64,000 nt of DNA from Chrysomallon squamiferum. Taxonomy: Eukaryota > Animalia > Mollusca. The position numbers were made by a program, and so were the translations under genes. The notes under the pieces were generated by a model. The model was not told where the DNA came from. It ran no database searches and saw nothing but the letters and a program-made list of their open reading frames with translations. The stretch is from NCBI GenBank assembly GCA_012295275.1, contig CM022665.1, positions 46,128,001 through 46,192,000 on the forward strand, given 5' to 3'. Numbering within the stretch: the first letter of the stretch is position 1; every line of letters begins with the position of its first letter. This document shows, piece after piece, positions 1 to 16,304 of the stretch.

Positions 1-52
1 ATTTTTTCTAAATAATTTTCTTTATATAATTTAACGTTTTGTTTTTTAACAG

Positions 53-1804
<1,752 letters not shown>

Positions 1805-1816
1805 TAGACAGTCGCA

Positions 1817-2750
1817 AAGTAAATTCGTGATATCCGAGAAATTAAGTTTATGGTTAAAAAATATATTTAAAAGTCAAATTAATAAATAAATATGAAGGGA
1901 GACTGTTTCAAGTAAATTCGTCATATCTGAGAAATTAAGTTTATCGTTAAAATATATATTTAAAAGTCAAATTAATAAATAAATATGAAGGGAGACTGTT
2001 TCAAGTAAATTCATGATATCTGAGAAATTAAGTTTATCATTAAAATTTATATTTAAAAATTGAATTAGTAAGCAAATATGAAGGGAGACTGAAATAATTA
2101 TATAACTGTCTCAGATATTAAATTTAGTGATAAAAATTTATTTAAGATTCAAATAGGAATAAATATGAGGGAATACATTTTCTTGAGAGGAATTCTGATT
2201 TAAAGATTATTTTAAAAATGAAATAATTACTTAAACTGTTCAGAGATTAAATTTAGGGATAAAAATTTATTTAAAATTCAGATTAATAAAAAAAATATGA
2301 AGGGATGAATTTAGTCTTCCTGATTAAAGATACTTTGAAAATGAAATAATTCTGTAAATTGTCTCAGTTATTAAATCTTGTGATGAAAATTTATTTAAAA
2401 ACTAGATTAATAAATAAATGTGAATGAATGCATTTTTTTTTTAGAGGAATTCTGATTTAAAGATTATTTTAAAAATGAAATAATTACATAAACTGTCTCA
2501 GAGATTAAATTTAGTGATGAAAATTTATTTAAAATTCAAATAAAATTAAATAAATACAAAGGTAATGATAGATTTTTTAAAGAGAAATTCTGATAAAGAG
2601 ATTATTTTAAAATGAAATAAATACATAAACAGATATTAAATTTAGTGAAAAATTTATTTGAAAAGTACATTAAAAAAATAAACGATATATTTTGGGGGTT
2701 TTGGGGTTTTTTTTTTGATAGATTCATTATCATGAAACAGATTATTTAAA
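1817..2750. repeat. Compound minisatellite directly after the DPY19L3 stop: 3 x 93 bp, then about 5 x 123-137 bp related units
   Basis: The aagtaaattc...gaagggagactg unit starts at 1817, 1910 and 2003. The gaaataatt...gattatttt unit starts near 2091, 2220, 2343, 2477 and 2613. Confidence 0.85.
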
Positions 2751-3390
2751 AAAACTGGTTTACTGTATAAAGATATGCATAATATTTATTTAATATTTTT
2801 AGAAATTAGATTAAAAAATAAATTTTTAAACTATTTAGAGATAGTGATGATTTTAGATACATTTTTTTAGAAAATAGATGAACCGTGTAATTATTTTAGT
2901 ATTCAGAAAGTAATGAAACTTTAGTCTCTTAATTTAGATTAGAAAATTGAAGTATGTACGATTCTGATATAAATTTGAATAAACTTTCATGGAATTTGTT
3001 TCAGTTACGTATGCATAAACTCAATGAAATAACTCTAAAACTGTCAAGAGAAGGAGTGAAATATTATTTTTATCTTTTATAAAATATGTTATTTGTTTTT
3101 TTTGATTTTTAAAGTATGTATTATTAAACTGAGATAAAAACTGTAAGGAGACTGACTATAATCAATTTATCATATCTTTGAAATTATTTAATTTAATCAA
3201 TTTTTATTTACTTATTCAAATGATAGGCATTAATAAATTAATAAATTAATTACTAAACAAAGCCGGTTAGGATAAATACATTATTTTATTTCAGATTTTG
3301 ACAAATGTGAATTGATTTTTTTATTTTAAATGTTTATTTTTTTTGTTTTTTTTTAAATTATGTCCCATTTGTATGAATGAAATTAACAAG

Positions 3391-3625
3391 AAAAATTGAT
3401 GTATAATTATGTTATTTGTTTTAATGGTAGAAGAAGAATGCGAGATTTTAAAAACATTTTATTAAGGAGATATTGTTGAAAAATTGGATTTGTATAATTA
3501 TGTAAGTGGTTTTCATTATACAAGAAGAAGATGAAATAAGAGATTTAGAAAAACATTTTACAAAGGAGATATTCTTGAAAAATTGGATTTGGATGATTAT
3601 GTTATTTGTTTTCATCATACAAGGA
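3391..3625. repeat. Degenerate tandem duplication, about 91-99 bp x 2.3
   Basis: aaggagatatt(g/c)ttgaaaaattggatttg occurs twice, and a tataattatg-like motif three times. Confidence 0.75.
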
Positions 3626-4988
3626 GCAAGTGAAACAGATAAAATTACTGTTGTTTGATGACTGTATGAAGCTGAACGTGTTTGAAATTCTGCAAGACAA
3701 TGAATTTTAAGAATCTCGACTTAAAAGTCTAAAACTGTTTAGAAAACAAACTGAAAAATTGTACAATACTTTCTGTTTCTTTTATAATTAATTCTAATTG
3801 AATGTTAAGCTATTTGGCTCTGTGCATTAAAAGTTACAACAGAAAATAATCAGATACATAACAATCGTTAATGTTTTGTGATTTTTAAGGTAATTATAAC
3901 CAGCAGATTCAAATAATTTCTTTAATTAGACAGAATGTTGAACTAAACAGTTTTAGCCTTTATTAGCCAGAGTCAGGTGTAATATTATGATTTATTTTCG
4001 GTGGCAATTTGGCAGTGTTTTTGTGAAGCAGAAATTTCACAAGAGTTAACAATTTAATTTTAATTTTGTTATTGTTGTTTTCACTGGCTTTTTTTTTTTT
4101 AATTAATTATTATTATTATTGAATGTAAAAATGTTTGTTATTTTGAAAATGTTTTTTTATTGTTATTGTTTGATGAAGAACCAAGTGAATGATGACAACT
4201 TATTATTATTATTTTTTTTTTTTTTATGCTATCAATTTATAGTGGAAATTTGTTGAATGTTGGATTGCATTTTGAATTCAGTCCATTCTTACAAAATTTA
4301 AATAATTTTATTTTATAAGCTGACATCAATCACAGCTTTTACTGTTACTAATAGTGTTATCATCATTAAAATTGTTATCATTATAATAATCATTAGCACT
4401 ATTATTATTATTATTATTTTTAATTTGTTCATTATTATCATTCCTACTGTTTTTATTAGTATGGCCATTTACCTTACATTGAAATAATTCAAAATCAGAC
4501 AGTTAGAGTAATAGTTTTTTTACTCTTTCACCAAGGAAGTAAATAAGTCACGATATTTTTGGAGGCAAAACAAATCTCGGTAAAACTGTCTCAGAAATTT
4601 GCTTTAAAAACTAAACATGCTTTAAGATGTTTTGACATCACTGAGTCCCATCAAAATGTGCATAGGATTTTTTTACACAGAGAGGTGAGAGTGAGTGACG
4701 TGTTATGTTTTGAGTTCCACCATATACCATACATCTTTTCATGAATGATATTATAAAAGCTGCATGTCATTCTTTGCACATAAACCAAATTATAATACAC
4801 ATTTTGTGACATTAGCTGTTCAATGAAGATATGGCAGTCTACAACTATTTAGAAAGAAAAATGATTTTTGTTGATTTAAAAAAAATAAAAAATGTGTTAC
4901 GAAATCCTCCAGTATTAGAATTCAAAATTTACAAAAAAAAAAAAAAAATATATATGTATATATATAAATATAGTTTATTAAATATTAT

Positions 4989-5097
4989 ACTGAATTTTTT
5001 CCAAGGCATCTATGTTTTTTAAATCCTTAATATTTGAATGGCACTGAATTTTTTTCCAAGGCATTAATATTTTTCAAATCCTTAATATTTGAATGGC
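4989..5097. repeat. 54-bp tandem duplication
   Basis: actgaattttttccaaggcat...aaatccttaatatttgaatggc occurs at 4989 and 5043. Confidence 0.9.
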
Positions 5098-7307
5098 TCT
5101 GTAAGACAAATATTTTTAAATAATTTGTTTTTCTTTGTGGTTGTAATTTCAAAGTTTCCATTGAATTTTATATTGTTGAAGTTTTAAATTTTTTGATGTT
5201 GATGAAGTATTTTTACATTGTTTACAACTATGCAGTTTACATTGGTTGTTTTGGGGGGTTTTTTGTGCTATGGGTGTAGAATTGTGAAAAACAAGTTGTA
5301 TGTTCATTAAATAAGAAAAACAATATTCTTTCATCCCTATACTTAGCATTTTTTACTTCGGTATCCAGAAATACCTGTCTTCTGCTTTGTTTTAATCTTT
5401 TTACTGCTGGTAATGGCTTCTCATCACCTTCTTATGAACAATTATTTACATTTATATTTTCATCATTATCTATTTATTAATTTAAACATTATGTCTGTCG
5501 TACTGGTTTATATTTTTCACTTTCTTTATGGAAAAAAAATAATTCTATATTGTGTTAATTTTTCTGTGTTACATTGATAAATAATCAGTTTTTTTTTTTT
5601 TTTTTTTTCAGTCTCTTTATGCAAATAACATTTCTGATATATCTCTGAATTTTTCTCTGCTAATTGTTGCTACTTGTTTTTAATTATACTCATTTACAAC
5701 CATTTTTAGTACATTGAGGCTATTTTTACTGCTCATTTTTTTCTTAATCATAATTTTATTGTTGTCCATTTTAATTTTGTTAACACCAAGGCAGTTTTTA
5801 GTTTCTTCAGTTTTATATCATGACTGTATTGCTCAACATAATAATAGTGTTTTTATCCAACAACTTGTTTTATGTTGGGTTTTTTTGTTTTAATTTAATT
5901 TAATTTAATTTTTTTTTAGATTCTCATGCTTTTTGAAACTAGAATTTTAGTTGTCTTCCTGATACCTTGTATCAAAATTTTTTTTATTTATTTTTTTTTT
6001 TAGCTTGAAATGAATTTGAATATTTATTTAGCATTTGAGTGAATAATTGAATAACATTACCCAGTCTGATCTTGTTCATTTAGAAATAGAATGACTAAGG
6101 ACGAATCTCATTTAATGCTTTAAATGTGTTAATATTATTATTCTCCATTGTTGTGTTATTGCTAGGAGTGTATTATTAGTATAATATATTCCTGTAAATG
6201 GCAGTCATTATCCTGAATTGAAAATAGTAGAGCCACTGATAATGTTTGAATACAGTGCAGGTCTTTTCAGAAGTATGTTCGTTTTTTTTAAACAAAAATT
6301 AAAGTTATTTCTTTAAATTAAAAAAAAAAAAAAAGTAAAATAGACACATTATACTTGATTATAAGTAATCGAAAGATGAAAGAACAGCTTTTGAAGATTA
6401 AGTTTAAAAAAAAAAAAAATAAAATAAATAAATAAACAAATAGAAACAGAACAGAATAGTGTATCTTGAAATTTAGACAGCTTCTGAATTTGTGAAAAAT
6501 TCAAACTCATTCGTGAACAAGAACAAATTTAAAAGTTTCTGACAATAAAATAAGGCAAAACAAAACATCACATATCATTTAGATAATTCACAGATTCATG
6601 AAAAGACAAAAGCACTAAAAAATCAATGTTTATGATGAAAGAATATGTTAGACATGCTTATAAAATTAAAAATGTTATGACAGTACAATCGGTGTATTTG
6701 AACCATTTTGTGTTTCGTGGCTCAAAATATATGATTTTTATTATTATACTATTACTTTTATGTTACATATATATGAAACAGAAAGGTTTTGTTGTTGTTA
6801 TAAATAATAATAGTAATAATTTATTATTTTATTTTAGTTTGATATTTATTTGTTTTAATTATTTCTATTATTTTTTAAAATTTCAATGCCATAATCTTAA
6901 TACAGTGCATAGGTTATTTGTACCATAACAATACAATATAGATAACAGTGCTTCTTGCATTTTTTATAATTCTCACTTTCTGATCATAGTGAGAAAGAAA
7001 CCAGTGTTTTAATGTTAAATAATTATCTTAAACCCAGTGCTACTGAAGTCAACAGTATATTAATTGTATTTCACATTTGCCATAAATTATATAATTTTTT
7101 TTTTTATATTTAATGATTTTGTTAAAATTTTGCTTCTCAAATTCCCAATTTTCCAGTATATTTCTTTTTCCAAAATATTTGGAAAATTCAATTTTTATAT
7201 TATGTATATGAAGTTTAATAATAATAATAATAATAAATTTAAAAAATTAAAAATAATATTAAAAAACCCAACAAAACACAGCAGTAATATGACAGTGTTT
7301 TAATTTG

Positions 7308-7343
<36 letters not shown>

Positions 7344-10300
7344 ATTTAATATAAAGATATGTTTAAAGTGATGAAATTAAAGACATAAATATTTTTAACT
7401 TTTTAAGTGAAGTCAAATTTTGAGTATTGTGGACCCTCAAAAATCTCAGCCAAAATTATAATTTACTTCATGTCACTACGAACAAATTTTATAGGTGCCA
7501 ATATTTTTAACCAAGATGCATTTAAATTTTCATTATGCTTTATATTTAGCAATATCAGTTTGGGATATTGAGATTTTTTGTTTTGTTTAGTTAATGTTCT
7601 TCCACTTGTTCACAGAATCATGTTTTTGTTAGTTTGTTTGTTCATTGTTTCTGGGCAATGTTTGGTTAGTATGAAATAAAATATATTTTATTATTTTCTT
7701 CTATTATTTGTTATTATTTTGGAAATCTTTTTTTTTTTTTTTTTAATTATACTGATTTTTTTTTCTATCCAAATTTTTAGTAGTAGTAGTAATAGTAGTA
7801 GAACTATTTTACAGTACTGGACCATGCAATCTTATGGCCAAAGTTTCAGTTCCTGATTGTTGGAATATACAAAGGTCAAATATTCAAAAATACTGTTGAG
7901 CTTTTGCCAGAGAGAAATATTTCATTAATTTAAAAGACAGAAAGGTAGGCTATTTAGATTTAGGTTTTGGCAATGATATTTTCTTAATCTCACCAATTTT
8001 GTTCTTTCACAAAAACTAATCAACTGATCACTTTTTGTTTATGAAACCGACAAATATTTGCTTTTCTAATGGCAACTTCTTTTAAATTCAGGGGAGGTAA
8101 CAGCAAGATCAGGGTTTTGTTTAAGTCAGAAGACCAACAGTTATGTTTAGATAAAAAAAAAAAAATTGGCTTGATGTGACATCAAAAATTAAGTAAAACA
8201 TTTCTGTCTCTTCATTTTTAACCCTTTCACAGTTAAAATTTCTGGCAAAATCAAAAAACACTGGTAGTTTCACTGCTTTCTCACAGATGGCAGCACTATC
8301 CTAGGCTGATATGATCTTTGGAAGTCTCTGGATTCGAGTCCACATCTTACAACATAACAAGAATTATTTTCAGCCATTGGGTAAAATTCACTATTTGCAG
8401 TTAATGATAATAAAAATTTTGAGTGGACGTATCTGCTTTTGAACAAGGTTAAATTAACTAGAAGAAATTGTATAAAAAATGCTGTGAAAACATTTTCCAC
8501 AAACACTTTGACCAGAATTGCAATTTTAAATACAGATACTGGTATTTGAAGAAGAAAAAAAAAAAGTAAAAACAAATGAAACACAAACATCACATGGCTG
8601 TATCATTTTATTCTAGAAAAGACCCACCATGGGGAAAAAAAAAAAGAAAGCTAACAGATGAGGGCAGTGTGATGATAAAGATAAAGCAACATGCATCAAA
8701 CTGTGCAGATATCTCACAAGCAAAACAATGTTAAAAATTTACACTTTCTAGTGATCACGAATGATGTTATGTTTTGTTTTGTTTTTTTCTGTCTACATGT
8801 TCCTAGCCATTTCTAAACATGTAAATAAACAACAGTTAAAAACAAGAAAACTGTCACAGAATTAAAAAAAAAAAAAAAAAAAAAAAATCAGGAATATAAT
8901 GAATGATGGTTGTGAAATGTTTGTTTCTGTTTAAAAAATGTGTTAACAGTACGAATAAAAATGTCAGAAGATGGGATTTTTAAAAAAAAAAGTGATAGAA
9001 AAAAAACTGCATTTTATTATATTTAAGTAATGAAATGAATGATAGTATTATTGTGCATATGAAATGGTCACATTTAAAAAAATAATAATAACAATAATTA
9101 AAAAAAATATATAATACAACATTAGAAAAATGTTAAGAAGATGGAGAGAGATGCACAACTTTTCATCTTTAAAAAAAAATAATACAAAATTAAAACAAAA
9201 TGTAAGAAAAAAGGGAAAACAAAATACATTCTTTCAGCTTGCACTCTCACATCATGGGTCAGAGGATCAAATTTTTTAGTGCATCCTTTTTTGTGTGTTT
9301 TTCCCAATCCAACAGTAGAACCATTGCCAGTTTATCCAATGTCTTGTTTATCACTTTTCCTTTCTTTTTCACTGATTAGTTTAAGTTTTTGTTTCTTTAA
9401 ATGCTTTAATGTCTGACTTCTGTTTTATGCTAATGCTTTCAAAATCAAGAAATAAATTCCTTGAAAAAAATAATAATTCAATATTAATAATAATATAAAC
9501 AAATTCTGAATAAAATATAAAATAAATATATAAAATGTTAAATAAAGACTACATTTGAAAATAAACATCATTAAGTTCACAATTCAATTCACATTAAAAT
9601 ATTTCTGTTTGGATTTTTTGTGCATGAGTGGTGGACATATTCAAAACTTCTCACAGATTTCAGTGAAGTCAATGAATATTCTTTATCTGAGAAATAAAAT
9701 GAAATAAAATAAAAAGGTAACTGTAGATAAAATTTAACAAATTCATCCACAACTAATAACAAAAATAATTTTAATAACTTAATGTAATAATACTATACAT
9801 CTTCAAATATTCTAAAATATTATTTTATATATTATATCTATCATGTATCTGCCAAAATTTTGGTAATACTTTGCAAAAATAAATAAATAAATAAATAATA
9901 AATAAAAATTCAAAAAGGAAAACAGAAATTAATAATTAAAAAAAATAATAAATAATAATAAATAAAAAAAAGAAAGTAAAATAAATTAATAATTAAAATT
10001 TAATTAATTAAAAAAAAAAAACTCTACAAGTTTTCAATTTGGATTTAATTTTAACTATAGCATGTAATAATGTCAATTTTGATTTCTCAAAAATATTTCT
10101 AAAAAGAAAATAATAACATCTGCTTCCAACCTGAACTGTAACGAATCTAAAATTACAATAATTCTTCCTGTGACTGAGTAAGTTTTCACTGTTAAAATGG
10201 AAATCACTTACTAACAAGTGAAGTTAGTGATGAATAAAATGACTAACTGTTAGTAAAAAGTAGCCAGCCTACCCCTGGTCCATCCAAAACTAAGTTTTTT

Positions 10301-12067
10301 TTAATAATTTTTTTATCTTCCACATCGAAAATAAAAAAAATAGATTTGCAAAACTCACTAATTCAAACAGGTTTCTTCTTTGGAAAGAAAGAACAGCTTT
10401 GTAATCAGGTTACAGCTTACTTATCTGTGAATTTATTATTACTGAACACATTTTAACAGGAAGAAAATAACTGAAGAAAATTATCCATCTTTTGATGTGG
10501 ATATTTCACAGTTGTAAAGGATGTGAGGATTTTTTTTTTTTTTTTTTTCAAATTTGACAATTAGAAGTATGAAAGTTTCAAAACATTGTTAATTTAGCAG
10601 AGCCAGAACATTATAGTTTACAGATAAAAAATTTTAAATAAAATTTATAACTTTTTTCTTTAACTATTTTTACTAATACATCATAAGTAAATATTATTAG
10701 AAGTTATTAAATTATAATATTGATTTTACAAAGATGCATTTTTCAACAACTGTTACAAAACGTAACATAAACACTTTACATTTTATTCTAGTCATCTGCC
10801 AAAAAAAAAAAAAAAAAATGAAGTTCATTTTGCAAATCTATCGAAACTGAAAGAAGATTAACGTACAAAAACAGGATGGACCATAACCCAAAGCAGTACA
10901 AATCTTCACCACGGCAAGCCGATGTCTAGAAAACAACATCATCAAAGCTGATGTTGTTGAAAACACGTTTTCATTATTTTAGAAAAATGTAACAATGTGT
11001 TTGCTGCCTTCGAACCAACCACTGAGTTTTAATGCAGGAATCATTGTAAAACGTTTAAAATTTAATATTAACATCTTTAAAACACGAAATGATTTCCACT
11101 ATTAAAAAAGCCTGTGAATCCAAGAAAGTTAACAAGAGCTAAGGAACAAGAATCAGTCACTTTTAAAATCAAGGACTTAACATATTTATATATATAAAAA
11201 AAAAAAAAAAAAAAACGAACAAAAAAAAAACAGTCATAATTCTTAAACGACAAACAATACAGCCATTTTCCATCGTTCCAACATTAAAACTGTTACTTTT
11301 TAACAAATTCTAAAAATGTCAAAATGATTACTTTTTAACAAATGAATAAAGAAAATAGTGACAGAAGTAAATGAATGTTAGATAAGGCAACAATAGAATA
11401 TCTGTGATGTAGATACATAATAACAATATTATGAATGATGTTAGTGATCTGTTATATGGTCAAAAGATGAACCAAATGTGTAAAAATAACTTTGCAGTAA
11501 ACAAAAAAATCAAATAAAAAAAATACAGCTACTAGAAAACAAACGTACAGAAATACTGCAACAGAAATAAAAAATACTGCAATCGAGTTTTAAGCAAATA
11601 AATAACGATGACAAATGAACAACGCAGCTAAAAGCTAATAAATAACAAAAAGACAAAGACATTGGAAGCTATAAGCAGGCAAAATGGAAATAATACAATA
11701 TCAATTAAAGTAGTAACACGCAAACACTACAGTAAAACAAGAAATATAAAATACATTTTTAAAACTGAAAACGGGAAGGTTAAGAAAACTTCAAGCAGTA
11801 AATGATTAAATGTGATTCTGTTCTGAATTGAATAGTAAGTGTAAAAATAAAGCAATGGATTTTCATCTGATATTTTACATAAAAGATTTCCTAATATTCG
11901 TGTAATGACCAACAGAATCAATTAATGTTATTCTGTGGTACTTTAGTTCAGAACTACCTCATGAATTAAGAGATTAGATAATCACAATGTAACTCAGTAA
12001 CTCAATAACTTGATAAATAAATAAATAAATAAATAATTAAAATAATAAATTAAAACAAATAAATGCT

Positions 12068-12112
<45 letters not shown>

Positions 12113-15100
12113 ACAAATAATAAAAACATTAATTTAAAAAAAAATGATATTCCGGACAGATATATTATCTGAATATGCATACAGTAAATAAACAGTAATC
12201 CGTGTTAACAAAAATGAGACAGGTGTTAATCCTTTTGCTAATATTTAAACATAAGATTTAGTAGTAATTAATATAGTCAATACTGGATGTCAACTGTAGA
12301 GGCACAATACTAATAAGCTCTCTCTTTAATGATTTTACATGTTAACTGACAACTCTCTTTGGCACTCAACCAACACTGTTCACTGTGCACACTTTACGAA
12401 TATATATTTTTTTTAAAGTCTAAGTCTGCCAAATACCATGACTAATATAATAGTAAAGATGTGTGTGTGTGTGTATGTGTATATGTATGTGTGTGTGTCT
12501 TTATTTGTGTGTGTATGCATCTGTTTGTATACTTGTGTGTGTGTGTTTGTGTGTGTGTGTGTTAAATTACAACTATGCACATAAAACAGAAGAGAATTTT
12601 CATTAAGACATTAGCAAGAAAAAAAAAAAAAATAATAATAATTATTATTTTATGAAAGTAACCATTATCTGTAGTTTAATTCTGGGTCATGTTTTACAGT
12701 TGCATCATGTAATCATTTACACCAACGTGTGAAATAAATAAGTTATGAACTAAAACAGTTCACAAACCAACAACTCTAAGAGCCATGTTTGAACAGGAGA
12801 ACTATATTTTCACAAACGTTACTATTCAATTCAAAAAATGGTAATTTTTGTGTCCAGAGATGAAAAGTAAAAAAAAAAAAAAAAAAAAAAAACCAGAAAC
12901 AATAATAATTTGTTTCAAAAAAAGAAAATGAATCACTCTCATCCATTTTACAAATGTCACATAAAGCACTCAGTTTACAGTATGTTGCCATGCTAATATG
13001 AAATGTTACTGATGAAATATAAAAATACATTTGTTGATTTTGTAAAAGAAAATTTGATCGTGGCAATAAAAACAAACAACCAAGACTGTTGTGAAACTGA
13101 ATTAGAATGAAAATCCATGAAAAAAAAAAACTGAAAAAAAAACTACACCTAATGTTCTACACAACTCTCATTTCATTAAGATAAATTTTAAATAATATTG
13201 CTAGCACTTTTTATAATTTTTAATTCAATTATTGTAGGATAGATTTTATTTAAAAAAAAAAAAATAATAATAATAATAATTATAATATTCCCATTTTTTT
13301 TTTTAAAAGATTGTTCTGAAATAAAAGTGTATATTTTGTTCATTCACAGAATTATACAAAATGGAATCATAAAACAATGTTTGTTGCTTACTTCTTTTTT
13401 TTGTTCTTTTGATCAAAGCACTGATTAATAATTACTCAGTATTTATTACAAAGATGATTAGTTAATTGGGTTTTATTACATTAATTAATTTTGGTGTAAA
13501 CAAACAAGATTACATGTGTTAAAGATTTGTTAATAATAAAGGAAGAAAAAAAACAAATAATAATAATCCTCTGTAGAATACTGACACAACCCTTTTTCAA
13601 TATCAACAACCACAATTTAAAAACTTAAAATCAGAAGAAATAAAACTCTACATTTGAAATCAGCCCAATGTAGCTTACAAAAACAAAATCAACGGTCATT
13701 AAATTTAATCAATTTTTTTTTTCAATCTTAACCAACCATGAATCAACAAATGCAATACATACATTTCCTATACTGTATGTACATGTATATGATTATAAAG
13801 TACCGCATTTATAAGAATCATGGCTATAATTATTTTTAATTTTATAAATCTTTTCTCAAAATAATGTATTTTGACTGAACATGCTGTTTTAAGTAAAGGA
13901 GAAAGATTAAAAAAAATCAATTAAACAAACCAAAAAAAAAACCCAAAGAAAACAAGTGAGATAACTTTATAAGCAATTTACCGATTTCAAGGCCAATAAC
14001 TCTAAATACTTCATTAACTCATTTAAAGGTAGGTAACTCTTTTTCATTCCAGATTGTTTTTTTTTTTGTAACTCTCATTTCAATAAGAACAGATAATTCA
14101 AACTGCTGGTTGAAACTGATGAGTTGCTGGCACTAAGATTTCTATCACACAAACACACAACACACCACACCACACCACTTTCCAGTTACCTTCACAGTCA
14201 AAACTGCCCTCAATCTTTTATACATGAATAAAACTCTGCTTATAAAAATTTGTTTGCAAAATGTACAATTAAATTAAAAAATATACAACAAGGAAACATT
14301 CAACATGGAATATGGAAATTTAAAAAAAAAAAGGAAGAAAAAAAAATTAGTTAAAACTCTTTAACAAGTAAAAATCTGGAATCAATTTTTAACAAACTAA
14401 GCTTCACTGGTAACTAACTCACGTACACACACACACACTCACACTCACACGACTTAGCAAATAATTAGCAGACACAAAAGCAGACAGAATCTACATCTTT
14501 CTCTAATGTTGTACCATGAAAGACCAACCACCAAACACCTAAACAAATCACCACAGGCCTAATTATTCATCTCAAACACTGAAGCACCCCAACCAAAAAA
14601 AAACAAACAAAAAAAACAACAACAACAACAACAAAACCACCAACCACATCTCATTAATTAGGCCTCTGAAAACAGAAAACAAATGAAGCAACCAATACTG
14701 CTGCAACACTGATTACTTGCATCTCTCTATTCAATAGTTTGTTGTTTTTCACTGATAATAAACAAGGATAAAAGCTTTCTAATAATACACGGCAACAAGT
14801 AAACAAAACTCTGATGAAAAAAAAAAAAACAACAACAACAAAATAAAATAAAAAAAAAGAGAGAGAGAGAAAAGAAAAATAAAGACCACTTTCAGAATGA
14901 TGTAAACATTCATTATTTTTACGTTACCAGCTGCTAATGAATTGGGAACATTTCAGTTTGATGTAGTAAATAAAATGTTTTTTTTTTTTTTTAAAAAGTT
15001 ATATCAACAACATAACAATGGTATGCACCATACAGGTCATGAAATGGAAAAAAAAACAAAAAACAGTTGTGATTCCCCAATAAACACTGAAACATGTGTC

Positions 15101-16304
15101 ATTCTACTAACATACATATACCTCTTTCAAATAATCTTTTTTTTTCTTTTTTTTTTCCCAGTCAAATTCTAGACAAGGACATTCAGACCTAATTTACACT
15201 GGACAGTGACAACAGAAAAATGCTGAAAAGTATGAAAAAAAAAGGTTTTTTTTTTTTTTCACAAACATATTCTGAATTCAGTACAGAAGACTGGTAAATC
15301 AGTAAATTGAACACACTACTTATTCGTACTGTTTCTTCAATGCTTACAATTTCCAAAAATTTGGGACGATATTCTTGGGTAATGATTTTGTTGCCATGTC
15401 TTTAACCTAATCTGGAAAAATACTGTTAAAAACAAAAACTAAAAAAAAAAAACCTAAAAGAAAAACATTCAATTTCATATAATTTTTTGAATCAGTACAG
15501 TTTAGTATTTTCCATTTAACACCTTCTGTTACCACTGTCCTGTGCATTTGGGTTCGAATTCATGTAACAAGATATTTGTCCAGTATATGTAATCCAGTCG
15601 GTCAAACTAAATTTCACAATCTTTCATCACTTCATTATCTTAACTTTTCAGCCTACTACTTATATATTTTAAGACAGATCAAAAAAAAAAAATATATAGT
15701 GATATAATTCTTAATTTCGGTAAAAAAAAATATTATAATCTTAATAATTTGAAAACAACTAATAACCTCTCTTATGATCCTTCCATAACAGTTTCTAAAC
15801 ACTAAACACTTCCATGCCATCTTTCTTTTGGAAGTTGAGCAATAAAAATTTTGTTTAATGTCTTTTCCATAAATTTGTCTAAAAAATTCGACAAGCACAG
15901 TTTACTATGCAAAATTAAATTATCCGAAACTGGCAGTCAAAAGTTACTGTCATCAGACAATTAATTCCTCTGGCAATTAAGAGTTTCCTTCCAAAAAACT
16001 AGTTTTTTTTTGTTGTTTTTTTCTTCTGAAACTAGGCAGTTTAAATTTACTATCAGAAACTAACTCGGCTGTCTAAATGTAACTGCGAGAAACTAAGTCC
16101 TTTTGAAAAAACTGAACAGGTCTACAGCGACTCAGCACACACAAACGAACGACTGGGGAAAAAAATCTTTGTTCGTCTCAATATACAGATGGCGGTATGC
16201 ATGTATAAAAAAATAGACAAGACCCCTAAGAGTTTGTTTTAGTTTTTTTTTTGTTTCTTTGTGTTTTTTGTTTTTAGTTTTTAGTTTTTTTGTTATCACA
16301 GGTG

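Noticed and set aside
10932-10958. 10-bp hairpin AACAACATCA-7nt-TGATGTTGTT
   Set aside because: It is short, AT-rich and isolated, and matches no RNA element I recognise.
15548-15565. GGGTTCGAATTC, like a tRNA T-loop/B-box
   Set aside because: There is no cloverleaf or A-box. At most it is a SINE remnant.
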